Assembly (NCBI RefSeq): GCF_009914755.1 | Contig: NC_060928.1 | DNA: 64,000 nt | Direction: 5' to 3' (one strand) | Origin: the human T2T-CHM13v2.0 reference genome, Homo sapiens | Shown here: positions 61,660 to 64,000 of the stretch, one piece after another | Layout: the number at the start of each line of letters is the position of its first letter | Numbering within the stretch: position 1 is the first letter of the stretch | Translations under genes and position numbers: made by a program | The notes under the pieces: generated by a model | What the model was told of the DNA's origin: nothing | Databases searched by the model: none | The model's input: only the letters and a program-made list of their open reading frames with translations

Positions 61660-62680
61660 AGAAACGCAAATGATATGTAAGCTCTGGTACTTGGCCTTAA
61701 GGGTCTTACAGTTTAGTAGGAGAAGCAAAATTGACAAATGTAAAGCAGTTAAAAATAACTCCAGAAGTTTTCAAACAGGCAAAAAAGTCAACATGGACTG
61801 AGATAACTGGAGAAGCCTTGGTGGAGAAAATGGACTTGAGCACATGAATAGGATTTAGAAAAGTGTGGAGGAAGAGGGGAGATTTCAAAGAAGTAAGCAT
61901 GAGCAAAGTCAAATGGCAGGAAGAAGTATTTGGATTTGGGAGGATATAGAGGGAAAAAAGGTATACAAATCTGACTGGAGTGGAACATTGATGGTGTGTG
62001 TGGAAAGAAATAAGATAGGCTAAATACAATGGGCTCTCCACAGTGGACAATCCTGACTGTCACATTAAGGAGTTGGATTTGTTTTGTTAAGTAGGAGGAC
62101 ATGGTGATTAAGGATGAGATACAAATTTGAGCCTGGTCATACAATACTCAAATGAATCTTCTAGAAAGATTAGTCTTGAATCTCACATAGAGAGGTTTAA
62201 GACAGAGAGAAAGATGCCAAAGGCCAGGATGGAAGTTAGAATGCTTCTGAGGTAATCCATGTGTTGAGGCTCTTGACAGGGAGGGATAAACAGGAATAAA
62301 GAAGGAAATGTAAATCCAAAAATTTGAAGGCACACATGAGAAGATTTTGCACAAGAAAAAGGTAGAGTTGGACACAATCCCCAAAGTTTTTAGTCTAGGA
62401 CATGAATGATTCTAAGAACCAAGTTTTGGGGGAAGAAAATAAACATTTACTAAATAGTGAATGAAAAAGATTTTTTCCATGGCTTTCTAGTCTATTCATC
62501 CATAATTTACTTCCAATCTACATATCCTATGTTATCTTCCACTACCTATTTATTAATTCAACAATGACTTTATAAATTGTATGCCAAGCAATATTCTAGG
62601 CACTGGAGAAATAAAAATATGTAGTACAGTTTGAGGCAAAAGTTGGAGATGGGTAATGGGTATGTAAATGAACAATTATA
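61660..62680 (-). mobile_element. L2 fragments
   Basis: cttacagtttagtaggaga...taaggagttggatttg...ccaaagtttttagtctagg; tgtatgccaagcaatattctaggcactggaga. Confidence 0.65.
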
Positions 62681-62734
62681 AAATTTGAAATTTCTGTGTA
62701 TGTTTCCTACTTTCCTATTTTCAGATTAGAGGGG

Positions 62735-62845
62735 ATAGATGCTAATATTAATTGAGCTCTTACTATACACCAGGACTTTTTAGAGTCATCTAACTTAATT
62801 TCTACACCAACACAAAGAAGTAGATATTGTTATTCTCATTTTTCT
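62735..62845 (-). mobile_element. MIR fragment
   Basis: gctaatattaattgagctcttactatacaccagg...agtagatattgttattctcattt. Confidence 0.6.
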
Positions 62846-64000
62846 TTATCAAAATCACCACCTGTTAGCTTCCCTCTATACAGAACCCCTGAGGATGCCC
62901 ACAATGTGAAAGAATCCAAGCCCCTGAAAAATATTGCTTTCTATCTTGACATAACTACCAAGGCGCCTGGACTGATGGCAGGGACCCTTCACTGTGAAAA
63001 AAACAAGACTTGTCAAGCCCTTTAAAGCTTCAAAAATTCTACCCCAGTTCCAAGACCGACTGACCAGATTTTATGGATTTTAACACTTTTTTATATATTT
63101 CAACATCTTGAAGTTGGAATGCATCTTAGAGTCAAAAAGATAACCTATTCCTCTGGCAAAGAAGGGTCCCTTTCATCCATCCAGGTGCCGCTGGTATCTG
63201 TGTCTAGAGAAAAAGCAATGTCTTGCGTCATGGAAACTGTTAATTTTGTGCTACACTTTTTGTGCTGTTTTCCCATCACAGAGGTTGCTATCTGTATCCA
63301 AAATTAGTTGTTTCGTTAATTATTTTTAAAAATCACCCACAAAACAACACTGGAGGATTTCATTTCCAATCCACATTTTATTATCATCTTTAATTTAAAG
63401 TGCAAGCAGGAAAATTATTTCCTTAACAAGTGAGAATTATTCTTCAAATATTAAATATTACTTTTGGAAAAGTATTATAATTATTGTGTCATTAGTTTTT
63501 TTGTTACTTTTATAGTGTGTTTCTTTACCACGATTTGCTCATAAAATTAATGAAAAGGTAGCCATCTGTAATTAGACCTTCTCTCCAGATATAAAATAAA
63601 ATCAGTACATTGTGACCAAAACCAATTTAACCCCAAAAGTTTCATTTCAAACAAAGTGAGAAATAAATATTAGCAATTCTTGACTCTGGGAAGTGTCAGA
63701 CTACAATGAGCCTAAGACTGGAGTAGCAGCTTGACACATGAACATTTTACGACAGGTAGCCAACTCAGCTCTTTAGGTTTTGTCCTGCTGCCAGTGTTTT
63801 TGCTTGGCATGACTTCAAGGGCCTTATGTGTTCAACCCAAGGCAGCCCCCTTCAGGATACATGAGCCAAGCTAACTGCATGCAAACCAGGCTGGGTCTTG
63901 GAATCAGTTTACATGGGCATGTTGTCAGAGAAAGATGTTTATGTGTGTGAGAGTCTTAAAGGGCTGAATAGAAAGATCAGAAGCAAGGTTAAGCAGAATG

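Overview
This is primate (human-like) genomic DNA, AT-rich and CpG-depleted, and I see no recognisable intact protein-coding gene, rRNA, tRNA or CRISPR array. The first 10 kb is a nested retroelement pile: an old antisense L1M hosts a MER11 solo LTR and a rearranged sense L1PA that itself carries two Alus, with an L1PB-like 5' end to its left. The rest is a typical intergenic or long-intron mosaic of Alu, MIR, L2, a CR1/L3 fossil, MaLR/ERVL LTRs, hAT and Tigger DNA transposons and microsatellites. Between these lie several repeat-free, motif-dense blocks that may be enhancers. All ORF-track hits I can recognise derive from repeats. The best leads are a recursive-splice-site-like motif at 10.8 kb, a well-bounded 201-nt minus-strand exon candidate at 36.7-36.9 kb, and several unusual insertion/repair junctions. 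Repeat subfamily names come from remembered consensus sequences, not from a search. Boundaries of old repeats are approximate. I cannot support a claim of a new biological system.
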